Shown here: positions 35,416-48,214 of the stretch, in pieces
How positions within the stretch are numbered: the stretch's first letter is position 1
Layout: each line of letters starts with the position of its first letter
The notes under the pieces: model-generated
Database searches by the model: none
Told to the model about the DNA's origin: nothing
What the model saw: the letters and a program-made list of their open reading frames with translations, nothing else
Made by a program: the position numbers and the translations under genes
NCBI GenBank assembly: GCA_000388065.2
Contig: KB932203.1
Strand: one strand, 5' to 3'
From: Fonticula alba ATCC 38817
Lineage: Eukaryota > Protista > Nucleariida
DNA: 64,000 nucleotides

Positions 35416-38400
35416 GCGCGAGGGGGGTCTCTCTCGGTGTCAGCCAGGCTCGGAGGCATGGGAGAGGTGCTGGGATCGCGAGGGAGGGGCAAGAGGGGAA
35501 TTGCCCATGGAGGGGCGAATGGGTGGATGGGTGGGCGGAGGTGGGCGGAGGTGGGCGGGGGNNNNNNNNNNNNNNNNNNNNNNNNNNNNNNNNNNNNNNN
35601 NNNNNNNNNNNNNNNNNNNNNNNNNNNNNNNNNNNNNNNNNNNNNNNNNNNNNNNNNNNNNNNNNNNNNNNNNNNNNNNNNNNNNNNNNNNNNNNNNNNN
35701 NNNNNNNNNNNNNNNNNNNNNNNNNNNNNNNNNNNNNNNNNNNNNNNNNNNNNNNNNNNNNNNNNNNNNNNNNNNNNNNNNNNNNNNNNNNNNNCTCTCT
35801 CTCTCTCTCTCTCTCTCTTTCCCACGCAATCCTTGGTTCCAGGCTCCGCGCGACCAAGAGACGGAGGCGAGCCCGCCGGGGGTGGCTAGCGGCGGGGTCC
35901 GGCGACGGTCGCGGATCAGGACCGGATCTCGTGTGCCCCTTCCGGCCGAGCAGATGGCAACACAGGGCGGGGGGGGGGGCGGGGCACAGACACGGCCCAT
36001 CTTCTTTGCCGCGATCATCCCCTGCCGGGGTGCGTGGAGGACAGGCGCCAGCACGCACGGGTCGTTGCCGAATGTGGGCGTTGCCCAATCAGGACCGGGG
36101 TGGATCATGCCATGTGATCTCGTTCTTCACGTGCCGGACGCACCGATGGGATCACGCCACAGGGCTCCATTTAGCATCGCCAGTGATCGGCGAACGCGCT
36201 CCGCGCTTGCCCGGGCGGCTCCTCGTCGTTCCGGGGCTCCCGCCTGTGCGGTTCGTCTCCGATGCGAGCACCCCCCCCCCCCGCCCCCCCTAAGCAGGGG
36301 ATCCTTGTCTTTGTCCTCCTCCGCCCCCCTGTGGCACGGTGGGTCTTTGGCCCTGTCCGGCGTTTATCCATTATTGACAACAGCTCGCCGGCTTCGGGCG
36401 CCCCGACTTGCCGAGGGGCGGGCGGGCGGGCGGGCGGGCAGACAAAGGGAGAAGCGTCGACCACCGTCCCCGCGGTAGCCCAGTCTGGCCCGCGGGGTGC
36501 GGCCGGCGGCCGGGGCGGGGGCTGAGACCGGTGGCCGGGCTGGGCCAGGCTGGGCCGGGCCGGTGGCCGGATGGATGGATGGATAGGTGAATGCGCGGGG
36601 ACAGCGCACGCACACGGTAAGGCAGGCGTATCTGTCTGTCCAGGTCCCGCGCACGCGCTCTGTGTGCGCGTTGGCCTGAGCGTGGCTCCCCGTTCTCCCC
36701 TCCCGCGCCCCCCCCGATGCACGGATCAGACATGGCGCGAAAGCCCCCCGCTCTCACTGGGAGCAGGGCGGCAGAGCCTTGGTTCGGGCGTCAGGGGGGG
36801 GGGGGGGGACAACGCAGGCCTCGGCACACAGGCGGATCGGGATGGGCCCGGCGCCGGGGCAGAGGGGTGTCCGATCATGTCGGGTCGCCCGCCGTGCCAC
36901 CCGCTTGGGCCTGCTTCCAGGCGGGCGCACCCGGCCTGGGGGNNNNNNNNNNNNNNNNNNNNNNNNNNNNNNNNNNNNNNNNNNNNNNNNNNNNNNNNNN
37001 NNNNNNNNNNNNNNNNNNNNNNNNNNNNNNNNNNNNNNNNNNNNNNNNGAGCTCTCGGGACTGGTGGGCAGGGAGAGGGGGCGGGGGGGGGGGGGCGACA
37101 TTATTCAACACTTGAAGGGAGCCGGCGAACGGAGAACGGCCGGCGAGGGCGGGGCGGCCGGGAAGGAACGACCCGGCCGTGCGGCTCTTCTGCTGGCGCA
37201 CGGGCGTGGCCCCCCCCTCCCCTGCCGTTGAAGGGCGATCGGCCGCCGTGTTTTCTCCGGCTCTGGGCCCGCCCATTCTCCGGTCTCTTGTGTCCCCCGG
37301 GCACGGACCCTCCGGCAGGGGGAGGGGCGGGGGCCCAGGGGGGCGGCCGCCCGTGCATCCGCGCGCCCTGGCCCGCGCGCCGCCCCTGCCAGCCCCCCCC
37401 TCCGGGCCGCAACTGACGGCCAGTATGGGCCTTCTCAAAAATGTATGTGGCATCGTGGGCGTGCCGGCACGCGCGGGAGCAGGCTCATGTCGCGCCCCTC
37501 TCGAGAGGCTGGCGGCGGCTTCCGGCGGGGGCGGCCTTCCGCGCGCACATGTGCCCCTTTGCCTGGCCGTTGAGAGAGGGCAGGCGAGCTCTGGGCACGA
37601 ACGAAGCCCGCGGGTGGAGGGGGCTGGGGGGGGGGGGGGGGCTGGCTGGGGGGCGTCCAGGCTCATGGCATCCTTGCTGGCCTGCGAGTCCATCCCCGGC
37701 ACAGCGAAGGAGGGGGGGCCTCCGTTGGGAGAGTGGATTATATTGGCAGCGTGTTTTTTTTAATGCGCCCCGCCTTGCACGCCTTGTTATTCGGGGTGGA
37801 TTGTTGTGATGCCAGCCTCGCCCGCTCCCGTTCCGGCCCGCCTCCCCCTTCGGAGTTGCCCTTCTGCACGCGCCCGCGTCCACCGCGCGACCCTCCGAGG
37901 GCATGAGAGAGCCAGGACCCGCACACACACGTTGTTCATTCGTACTCTCGGCCTCCCGACCGTCCGGGCGAGCCGGGCCTGGTTATTCTCCCCGGCGCAC
38001 TCGATCGATCCTGCCTTGTTGCGCCCCGCGCATCCCTGTGTCGGCCTCCAATTGTGTCATCATGTGGAGGTGCGCGCGCGCGCGCGCGCGCATGGGTGTG
38101 GGTGTGCTACGCCGCTTCGGCCACCGCTGCCTGGGATGCCGGCGGGAATCCGAGCCCAGGGTGTCTCGCACAAGTACGGCGCCCCCGCAGAGTTTTTCAC
38201 GCTACGGGGACAGTCTTCGGCCACCTGCGCCGCCTTCCCGGCTCGGTGGCCGAGGGGATGGGGGGGGGGGGGGGGAGGGGGGGGGGGGGGGGGGGGAGGG
38301 GAACAAACGCGGGGCCCTGTTCGCGCTCCGTTGTTGTTTTTTATATCCGGCCCACCGGGGAAGCGGCACACGGATCGCCGGCCTGCCTGTGTGCCGGATT

Positions 38401-39045
38401 TGGGCCCAGCGGCTGGCGGGTTGTTCGGCCCCTCCTTCCGCACTATTCTTGGCGCGGGAGCCCGCCCCTGACCTGGCTCGACGCCGCCACACCCATCGAC
38501 CCCCCTCCCCCCCTCGCCCGTCTCCTCCCCCGCCCTGCATATTGTCTTGCGCATCCCCACGCTCTGCCTCCTTCCCCAGGGTCTCCGCGGCGGCCTCTTT
38601 GCCCACATCAGCCTCTTCTCTGGCAGAGTCCGGCCACGCACGCACGTACACACACACACACACACACACACATACGCGCGTTTGCACCCCTCCTCTTCGC
38701 TCCCCCTACTGCAGCCTCTTTCCCTGCTCCGCGCCCCCCTCCCCACCGCTGCTCGTCGGTTTCACCTCCCTGACACCGGCCTGCAGGGGGTGACACGTTT
38801 CAAGTCTCCACCCCTCTCCAGAGGGACGGGTATGTCACCAGCTGGCCTCCTTTTGTCTCGTCCTCCTTGCATGCGCCCACACACTCGCACACATGCCCTC
38901 CCGTGCACTGCCAGTGCTTTCTCGCCTCCGCTGCTCCCGGGCCGCTCATCCTTCGTAGCATAGACGCTCCGCCCCCCCGCCCCCCCGCCCCCCCCCCCCG
39001 TGCCCCCTTCCTCGCCCTGCGTGTCATGGCACCTCGCACCAGCCC

Positions 39046-42000
39046 ATGATGACCACCCACGATAGCACCTCCACCCCGGCGGGCGACATGCACAGGGCTG
39101 GGGCCGACGCGCACGCTGGGCCCCGGGACCTCGGGTCTTCGGGCCTTCCTCCGGCCGGGGATCGGCCCTCGCCGCCGGGACTCGAAGAGGACCGCAGCCC
39201 GCCGACATCCAGCAGCGGCCGGAAGCGCTCCTCCGGGGCCTCCTCCTCTTCCGCCTCTTCAAGTGGCTCGTCGTCCTCCTCCTCCTCCTCTTCCTCTTCC
39301 TCGCGAAGCCGCAAGGGCGATTCCTCGTCATCACGCCAACGGCGGACTTCCAGCCGCGGGTCTTCCTCGCAGGCCGCCGGTCCGATGATGGGCTACGGGC
39401 ACATGCATCCGATGTACTTGCCGATGATGTCCATGTCCGGTGGGGTGTACCCGGCGGCAGCCATGGCTCCCACGGACCTAACCGGAGCCGAGCATCATGC
39501 CCCAGGGGCGGACAGCGCGGCGGCCAGTCCTCCCGATGGGGGCAGCGGCCATGCCGAGCCGTCGGATGCCGCCCCCTCTCCGGCTTCCGGTCGGAAGAGC
39601 TCCTCCACATCCGCCGACACCGTGCAGCCTGATCCCAACCATCCCGGTGGCTACTATCTGGTCTCGCCCCATGCGCAATACTATCAGCCCATCCACCCGA
39701 TGCAGATGCAGATGTACCACCACTACTACTCCACCATGCATCAGCAGCAGCAGCAGATGATGCAGCAACAGCTGGCCGGCGCCTCGGTCTCTTCATCCTC
39801 CTCCGGCCGGAGCTCTCGGCGCTCAGGCCGGTCGAAGTCCGGGTCCTCCACCGACGGGTCCTCCTCGTCTGGCGGGTCGCGCTCGCGCTCCACTCGATCG
39901 CGCCACCGGGCGGATGGCGCGGCAGACCCCTCGGGGGGCACCCAGTCCCCCCGTTCGCCTGGCGCCGGTGGCCCCGGCGCCGGTGGCAGCAGCACCATGG
40001 ACTCGACCGGGCTCACGCCTGGCCTCTCGGCTACCGAGATCTTCCCCCACTCGCCGATCGACCTGCCGACCCACTTCTCCTCCTCCAGTCCCAGCGGCCC
40101 GGCCACCACCACCGAGCATGCCGAGCATGCCGAGCATGCCGCCATGTCCGAGGAGCTGGACGATCCGGACAGCCCCACGGTGGCCGCTGCCCCTGGGCCC
40201 GGTGTGGATGTGGTCATCGCCTCTTCCCCCGGTGCACTTGCCCCGGAGGCTGACTCACCGATGGACTGCACCTCCCCGGGGCGCGGTTCGTCACAGGCAT
40301 CGACCCCGGCTCCGGTGGTAGTCGCCTCGAGTGCTCGGCCGGGGCCCGGCGCAAGGCCGCCGGCTCAGGCCGAGTCACCCACTCCCCGATCCCGGGAGAA
40401 GGGATTTTCCTCCTCCTCCATCAAGCATCTGGCCTCCTCCCTGGCCTCCTCCATCACCAATGCCTTCCCGGCCCCGGGCGGCCATGGGGCCGCCTCGGGA
40501 GCCGGACACGAGGCCCCGGCGGCCAGCCAGGATCCCGGCGGGGCCAATGAGAGCTGGCGGTCGCCGAGTGCCCCGGGCCCCGGTGGCTCCGGTCTTCCGA
40601 CCACGCGCCCGGGCCGCTCGGGCTCGGTCTCCTCGGCCTCTTCCAGCGCATCGGTTTCGTCCACCTCCTCCGGATCGTCGTCCACCAGCGCCGCCGCGGC
40701 TGATCCCGGTCACCAGCATCATGCCCATGCCGGTGGCACCGGCGCCGCTGGCGGTCCCAGTGGCAAGAGTGATTTCTCCATCTCCAGCATCTTCCCGAGC
40801 TTGATGCCAGGTCGGTCGGGCGACTCGGGCACCAGCGCGCTGGCCCCTTCCTCGGAGCGATCCTTCTCGGCCACGTCCATCCTGGCGCCCTTCACCACGG
40901 CGGTGTCGACCCCGCGCAAGCACCTGTCCATCTTCTACTCGCGTCGGTCGAATGCCCCGGCCACCAGCGCTTCGGTATGCGGATCCTTGTCCTCTCCTGT
41001 TTTCTTCCCCTTCCCCCACCCCCTCCTTCAGTCTTTCCCCGCCTCCCTGTGTTTCATCCGCTCGCTCGATGTCCGCCCGACTGCCGCCTGCCACTCGACT
41101 GACCCATGTCCAACTGCCAGGTCGACTCTTCATCGTGCATGTCCCCTGGTGAGGAGCAGCCCCCGTCGGTTGCATCGCCCGACCCGAGCTCCAGGTCGCA
41201 TGATACCGCCTCCATGGTCGGGCCCTTCCCCACCGGGGAGATGCCTTCTCTGGTTGCCGACGGGCATTCGGGCCCCTCGGCGGACTCCTTCGAAGAGACG
41301 GGGACCATTGGCGGCTCCTTTGCCCCGGGGCCGTCGGCGGCAGCGGTTGCCCTGGCCGCGGCCAGTGCCCCAAACTCGCGGTCCTCCTCACCGCGGCCGA
41401 ACTTCCCCCGGTATTCGGGGTCCCTGCGGCGGAATTCCTCCTCGCGCACTACTGCCACCGGCGGCGGCGGCATCACCCGCTCGGACTCCAACTCCTCGCT
41501 CGGGAGCATGGCCAACGGGCGCTTCCCTGCGTCCACTGGTTCGGAGCACATGCGCAAGTCGGCCTCGGTGCAGTCCTTCACCACGGGATCCCTGCCGCAT
41601 GAAGCTGCTTCGGCCAGCTACTCCGGGCACCATCCGCACCCGCATCCGCACCCGCATCAGCACATGCATCAGCACATGCATCCGCAGCAGCATCCGCAGC
41701 AGCAGCATCAGCATCCCCACTACCAGCAGCATCCGCAGCAGCATCAGCATCCGCAGCAGCACCATCATGCGCGTGGGCCCGGGCTGCCCTCCTCGCCGCG
41801 GCACTCAGGGCTCGGGGCCCCGGCGGATGCCTATGCTGGCACCCCGAGCGGCGCAGGCGGCTACGGCGTGCCGTCGGGTCTCGGGCCACATGATGCCGGG
41901 GCTCCGGTTTTCCTGGATCTGCGCCCCTCGTCGCAGCCCGGGGGCTTTGGCGGGGATTTCGGCCCCTCCGGGCCGGGCACGCCGCAATTTGACTCGGGCC

Positions 42001-42383
42001 TCGGATTCGGGGCGTCGGCTCGGTCGTCCTTCGATGGCCCGGGGCTGACCGAGTCGGCCTCCGCCTCGTCCCTGGCCTCGCCGACATATGGCCCGGGTGG
42101 GGGGATGTTCGCTCCGGCCGGTGGTGGGCCCACCTCCGGGCAAGGTATGGCGACCACGGCCACGGCCCTGGGTGGCCTGGGTGGCGGCACCCCGGTCGAC
42201 CGGGCATACCACTCGGCCGCCTCGTCGGGCCTGGCCTCGCCGGTGTTCTGCCCTTCGTCGCCGATTGCCGGGCGCTTTGCCGGGTCCCGACGCCGGTCAA
42301 GTGTCAGCTCCATCGCTTCCATCTCCTCGGTGGGGTCGGTTTCGTCCTTGTCATCGGTCGCCTCGGCCCCGGCGGCCACCGGC

Positions 42384-42428
<45 letters not shown>

Positions 42429-45223
42429 TCCGGTGCCGGTCACTACTTGGTGTCGTCCAGTTCGTCTTCCAACATTTGCAGTCAAGCCGGCGTGGCCAAG
42501 AGCCGGCATAGCAGCGCCGCCTACTTTGGCACCTCCTCCTCGACGCCATCCAGTGCGCGCACCAGTATCGACATTCCCTTTGAGATGGTGGCCGCGGCGG
42601 CGGCGTCCTCCTCGGCGGCTGCGGCGGCTGCGGCGGCGGCTGCGGCGGCGGGGGCGGCGACGGGAGCCCCCGCCCCCGCCGCCGGGGGCTACTCGACACA
42701 TGCGCCGCACCTGTCGGCCTCGAGTCAGAGCACGGGCCAGAGGCGCCCGCACGCGGGCCCCGTGTCGAGCGCTCCCAATTGGTTCCAGCGTGGTGTCAAC
42801 ACCCTTAGTGCTGGCTTTAGCCCGGGGTTCCTGTCGCATTCCGGTGGCCCGGCCAATGACGCCTCGGCCTCGGGTGCCATGCCTCCCGGTGGTGGTGTAG
42901 GCCGGTACCCGGCCGGGCATTCGCACGGTCCTCCGGGATCTACCAACCCCCCTGGGCCGCACGCCTCCGGCCCCAGCGAGCAGTCCTCTGCGCCGACGCA
43001 ATTCCTGCGCTCCATCTTCGGCCTGATTGGCTCGGTATGTTTTGCGGCGCTCTTTTGCTGCCCCCTCTCCTATCCCGGGCTTTTTCGCCTGCCCCCCCCC
43101 CTTTTGCCGTCTGGTGTGAAGTTCTTGCCGTTTGCCGAATCGTATCTCACCCTCCCGGTTCGCCCTCTCGCTTTGCCCCTCTTCCTCGGACAGGATGCCG
43201 GGCAGGGTGGCATGCACGCGCCGGCCGGTCATCACCCGGCCGGAGGCGCCGGGGCTGGCATGCCGCCGGGACATGGGACCGGGCCCGGCACCGAGCACCA
43301 TCCCCCTGGGCGGCCCTCGCGCAGCATCATCATCGACAAGATCCAGGAGTATAGCCGGCGGATTTCCGTGCATACCAGCCGCCTGGGCGCCCAGCTGAAT
43401 GAGGGCCCCTGGAGCCATAGCAGCCGGCGGGGGTCTGGATTGGGGCAGAACGGCACCGAGGACCATCCGCCTTCGACGCACGGGGGCCCCTCCTTCGAGC
43501 GGGCGCACGCGGCCTTCAGCGAAATCCGCCAGCGTTTGACAACCCTGCTTCAGCCGGTCATCGACTTTGGTTCCGATGATGAGCCGCCCTCGGTCGACCG
43601 GTTGTCCCTCCTGTCGGAGGATGAGCTGAACCACCTGTATGATCAGCTGTCGTTGCTGGATTACCCGGCCGTGGAGTCGGACCGGGCTGGCGGAAGCGGT
43701 GGCCGTGCGTCGGCCCCGGGCAAGGGGACCGTCTCCTTCGGTCCCCCCTCGGCTCCGGTCCCCATCCCGGCGACGCACGGTGGCCCTGCTGGCGGCTACT
43801 CTACAGCGGCCACGTCCGGGATGGGTCTTCCGCCGGGGCACCCGGCACATGTCCCGGATCCACGGCAGCCATACCACCATGGGCCGGTGAGTGTGCCGCC
43901 ACACAAGGGTGTCCCGCCGCAGTCCGAGTACCACCACCAGCATCAGCAGCATCAGCAGCATCAGCATCAGCATCAGCACCAGCACCAGCAGCAACAACAG
44001 CAGCAACACCAGCAGCAACAGCAGCAGCATCAGCAACAGCAGCATCCCTCTTCGAGCCAGGGCCCACCTCAGTACCCGGTGTCTGGGCTGACTGCCGTAT
44101 CGGCCCCGGAGCACTTCTCCCCGGCCGAGTACCACAACCCGTGGGGGTCCTTTGGTGCGACTTCAAGCGGGGATGTGGCGCCGGGTCGCACGTCGGGCAG
44201 CCACCCAGGCGGTTTCGCGGGTCCGTCCTCGGACCCGAGCCTGGTCCCCGGCCCTCCGATCGAAACCTGGCCCACGGCCGGGGACCCGGCTTACTATGTG
44301 GTCCCGCCGGGCGACCCATCAGCCGCGGGCCTGGCTCCCCCGCCCTCGGTTGAGCTCTCGCTGGATCCCTCAGTGCGTCTTGGTGCCCTCGCCTGCGCGT
44401 GCCTTGTCATGCATCTTGTCCGCTGCTTCCTCTGGCACACATCTGACAACCTGCTTTCCCGCTCCTCCGTCCTCCCTTTCCCCCCTTTCTCGGTCCTTTC
44501 TCCTCCCCCCTCCCCCCCTCCTCCCCCTCCCGACTCAACTCGCAGCACCAGCGCCACCATCCCTTCCCGGACCCGGCACGTGCTGTCCTCTTCGACCCGA
44601 CGCACCCGGACCCCGGAGCCGGGTATGCGGTGGGTGGCCCTGGCATGGCGGACTTCGCGGGCAGCATGCTGGAGCCGTCCATCTCGCCGAGCTTCTCCGG
44701 CGGCGTTGGCCCGCCGCAGCTCCACTCCTCCCCCTCGCAGGGGAGCGGCTATGGGTCTTTCATCCAGCCGATGGCCCTGGACAGCGACTTCCAGTATGAT
44801 GCCTTTACCTTTGAGCCGTTCCCCGTGGCCGGCCCCGGTGGTGGGCCTGATCCTGGCCCTGGTGGCGGGGGCGGCGGCGGCGGCACCGGTGACAGCCGTG
44901 TTGATGATGGGCTGGTTGGCGGGGACTTTGGGCCGACAGGCCCGGGGGATCCGCGACATCTGCTCCCGCCGCCGCCGCCGCCGCCGCCGCCACCGCCGCC
45001 GCCGCTGCCGCCCTTCCCCTCCGAGGGGAATCGCGGTCACCTTGGCCCGGCGGCATCCACAGGCGGCGGGCACTTTGTCGGGGGGTTCCCCGGCGCCGAC
45101 AAGAACACCACAGCTGGGGGGGATTTTTTTCAGTTCGGCGCGGCCCTGAGTCAGCTTCGTACCACGAGCGCTAGCTTGACTCGGCTCCCGCGCCACCTGC
45201 TCCCCCCGAATGCCCCACTGCTC
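39046..45223 (+). CDS. Very long low-complexity (Ser/Gly/Ala/His/Gln) protein, N-terminal part of a ~10 kb locus; introns 40975-41120, 43035-43193, 44373-44545
   Basis: ATG at 39046. GTATGC, GTATGT and GTGCGT donors with YAG acceptors join ORFs 39046, 41106 and 44630 in phase 0. No recognisable domain. Confidence 0.65.
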
Positions 45224-48183
45224 GTATTGTTCCCGGGTCCCGGAAGCGCTTTGTCCCGGCCTACTTTGTCCGGCGCCTGCCCGAGGGGATGGCCCTCCGG
45301 CCGGCTGGCTGGGCTCTGGTCCTGGCGCCCGAGGGTGCCGATGGCCCGGCCCCGGCCCCGGCCCCGGCCCCGGCCCCGGCCTCGACATCGGTATCTCCCC
45401 CGCCGGTGGCCGGGTGCGTAAACCCGGCCCTCCTGTCCTCCGGTGGGTCTTCCCACACGTCCGGGTCTTCCTCGCCCCCGGAGGGTCTCTGTGCTGGGGA
45501 TGTGCTCTCCTCGTCACCGGAATCGACCGGGCATCGAGCTGGCATGTCGCCCGAGCCGCTGCTGGCCGACCGGGCCCGGCAGCTCTTGCCCCTGTCGTCA
45601 TCGTCGACCAGCGGCGCCGGGATCACTCCTCCGGAGGAGGATCCGCTGTTGCCCCTGCTGGCACCGGCGCTATTGTCCGATGCCGGCGAGGGATTCTGCT
45701 CGTTCGATGGGGAGTCGCCCTCGGGGGCTGGGTCCTCGTCGTCCTTCGGCGAGGAGATGTCTTCGCCCCGGTCGCCGGACGCCGACACCGGGTACATCCT
45801 CTCGCGCCGGAATGGCCGGGGCATGTCGGACCCGCTCGCCGGCCGGCCGGCCTCCCCCTCGCCGACGTCCTCCCTGGATGCCGACGACAGTGGGGCCTCG
45901 TCGGCGTCTGTCACCGGGCACCACCGGCCGTCGGACCACCTGGACCATCTGGACCTGGACTCGCATGGGGGTCCGATGGACTTGGACTCGGAGTTGGCGC
46001 ACTTCTCCCCCCGGCTGTCCTATCTCCAGGATTCCGGGCGCTTTTCGATTTTGGTCTTCTCGCTCTTCCTTTTCTTCGCCTCGCCGTGGCACTTGCCGGT
46101 CTCCCCGCCGGCCACGTCCGGCTCGAGCCCGGAGGTGCCGAATGCCACCCTGGCTCCGGGGGCCCTGGTCCCGGGCACCGTGGTCCCGGTGTGGCTTGCC
46201 ACCCCGGGGTCGGCCCGGGTCTCGCCGCATGGGTATCCCTTCTCGTTGGAGGGCAGCTCCGATGGCGAGTCCTCGGCCCCGGGGCCCGGGGCCGGCGCCA
46301 TGCCGGTGTGGCACCCGGCCGCGGTCCGGGACTCCCTGGCGGCCGGGCTGCCCCTGCCGTCCTTCTCGTCGGCGTTTGATGCCGGGTCCTGGGCTCCCCC
46401 GGGTGCCGGGGGATTGTTGGTGTCGCTCGACCGAGCCCGGCTTGGCATGCGGGCTCTCCTGCAGACGGGTCTCCTGGATGAGGATCCCGATGATGGCCAT
46501 GCTGGCGGCGACATGGGGGCCAGCCCGGTGCAGGTGGCCGGTCGGCTGGCCATCGAGGCCGCATGGTTCGCCGGCCGGATGGCCATGCGCCCGGCGGTGC
46601 TCCTGTCGCGGGCCTTTGGCCAGCTGGATGGGGCCCTGTATTCGGTGGCGTCATTGGCGTTGGTCCGGCTGGGCCGTGTGGTAGCCCTGCCGGGGCCGCT
46701 GCTTCCGCCGCTGGATCGCCTGCTGGCGGCGGTGCTCCTGACGCCGGGCTGGGCGCGCTTCGCTTTCCACCTGCTGGTGCGCTGGGTCATGGTCATTGCC
46801 CTGATGCTGGTGTCGCTCTCCTTCGAGACCTTCCTCTGGAAGGGGTCCATCCGCCGGCGGTTGCCGCTGGTTCGGCAGCTAAATTCCGAAACCGAGCGCC
46901 TGGTGGCCTCGGGCCAGTACTCGGAAGCCAACCGACGCGTGGACATGGCCCTGCTGCTGATGCAACGGCCGGTGCCCACGCGCGGCATGCAGCTTTTCAT
47001 GGCCAACTTCCGGGAGGTTTGCCGGCAGCTGGCGCATCGATTTGGTCTGGGGGCCTTTTCTCACCGGGTCCTGATGCAGGATGACATCGAGTACTTCACC
47101 GAGCTGACTCGGGCGTATGTGAACAAGAAGTATGTATCCCTTGGCTTCCTGTCCCCCCCCCCCCCCCCTCCGATGGCTAACAAACAAAACAAACACCAAC
47201 ATCAAGAAAAAGAACCTCGCCGACTACAGCATGTGGGCCAGCTTCTATGTGTGCGTGACGGCCACCAACTTCGCGGAGATCGCCGGGCCCCATTCCGCCG
47301 AGCTGCTCATCCGCGCCTATGCCACCTTGAGCTACCATGTGACGGTCCACTCGCGGACCTTCAGCATGGTCGGGTCCATGTACCAGTGGCTGTCGCAGCG
47401 CATCATCCAGCGCCTGGGAGCCACGGGCGGCGCGGACATCGGGCATTTCTACATCGTCACCAGCTACCGGAGTCTGGTGGACGGGGATCTGCCCCGGGTG
47501 TTTGAGCAGCTGGCTCGCGGCGAGGCCGTGTACCGGCATCAGGGCAAGGGCCAGCTGGTGCGCGATTGCCTGATGTTCCGCGGGTGGATCCAGTATGTGA
47601 CCGGCGACCCGGCGGCCTCGGTGCGGACATTCGGCCGGCTGCTGTTGAATGCCGGCGATGAGGCCGACCCCTATGGCCAGCACTGGGCGCTGGTGGGCCT
47701 GACAGCCACCAGCCTCTGGGTGGGCGCCTTCGAGGAGGCGCGCGCGCATTTGGCCGAGGCGGCCCGGCTCCGAGCCATCACGGTCAATCGCCATCTGGAG
47801 ACCTTTGAGTTGGGCTTCGAGGGGCTGATTCGCCTTCGGGCGGACCGCTTCGCCGAGGGTGCCCACGCGGTGGCCGCTCGCTGTCTGGACATGCTGGAGG
47901 ACACCATCCCGGCCGGCGTGCCGCATGGCATCCTCCCGCTGATCGCCGTGGCCGAGGTCTTTGTCTACCTGTTGCAGGGCCACCTGCAGGGCGGTGCTGC
48001 TCGTCGGCAGCGTCGGGCGTCGGCCGCCGCCGCCTCGACTGGCGGCGGTGGCACCGGCGGCTCCGGCACCTCCGCTACCCGGGCCTGGTTGCCTTCCTGC
48101 TGCCTGGCCCATGCGCCTGGCGACCGGCCGGTCGGGCGCGGGCGCCGTGCGACTGCGGCGCGGCGCTCTGCAGCAGCAGCAGC

Positions 48184-48214
<31 letters not shown>

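Noticed and set aside
45116-45133. Slippery G7-A-T7 run as a programmed -1 frameshift joining the two halves of the 10-kb locus
   Set aside because: The -1 frame hits TAG at 45172-45174, so slippage here would not connect the ORFs.
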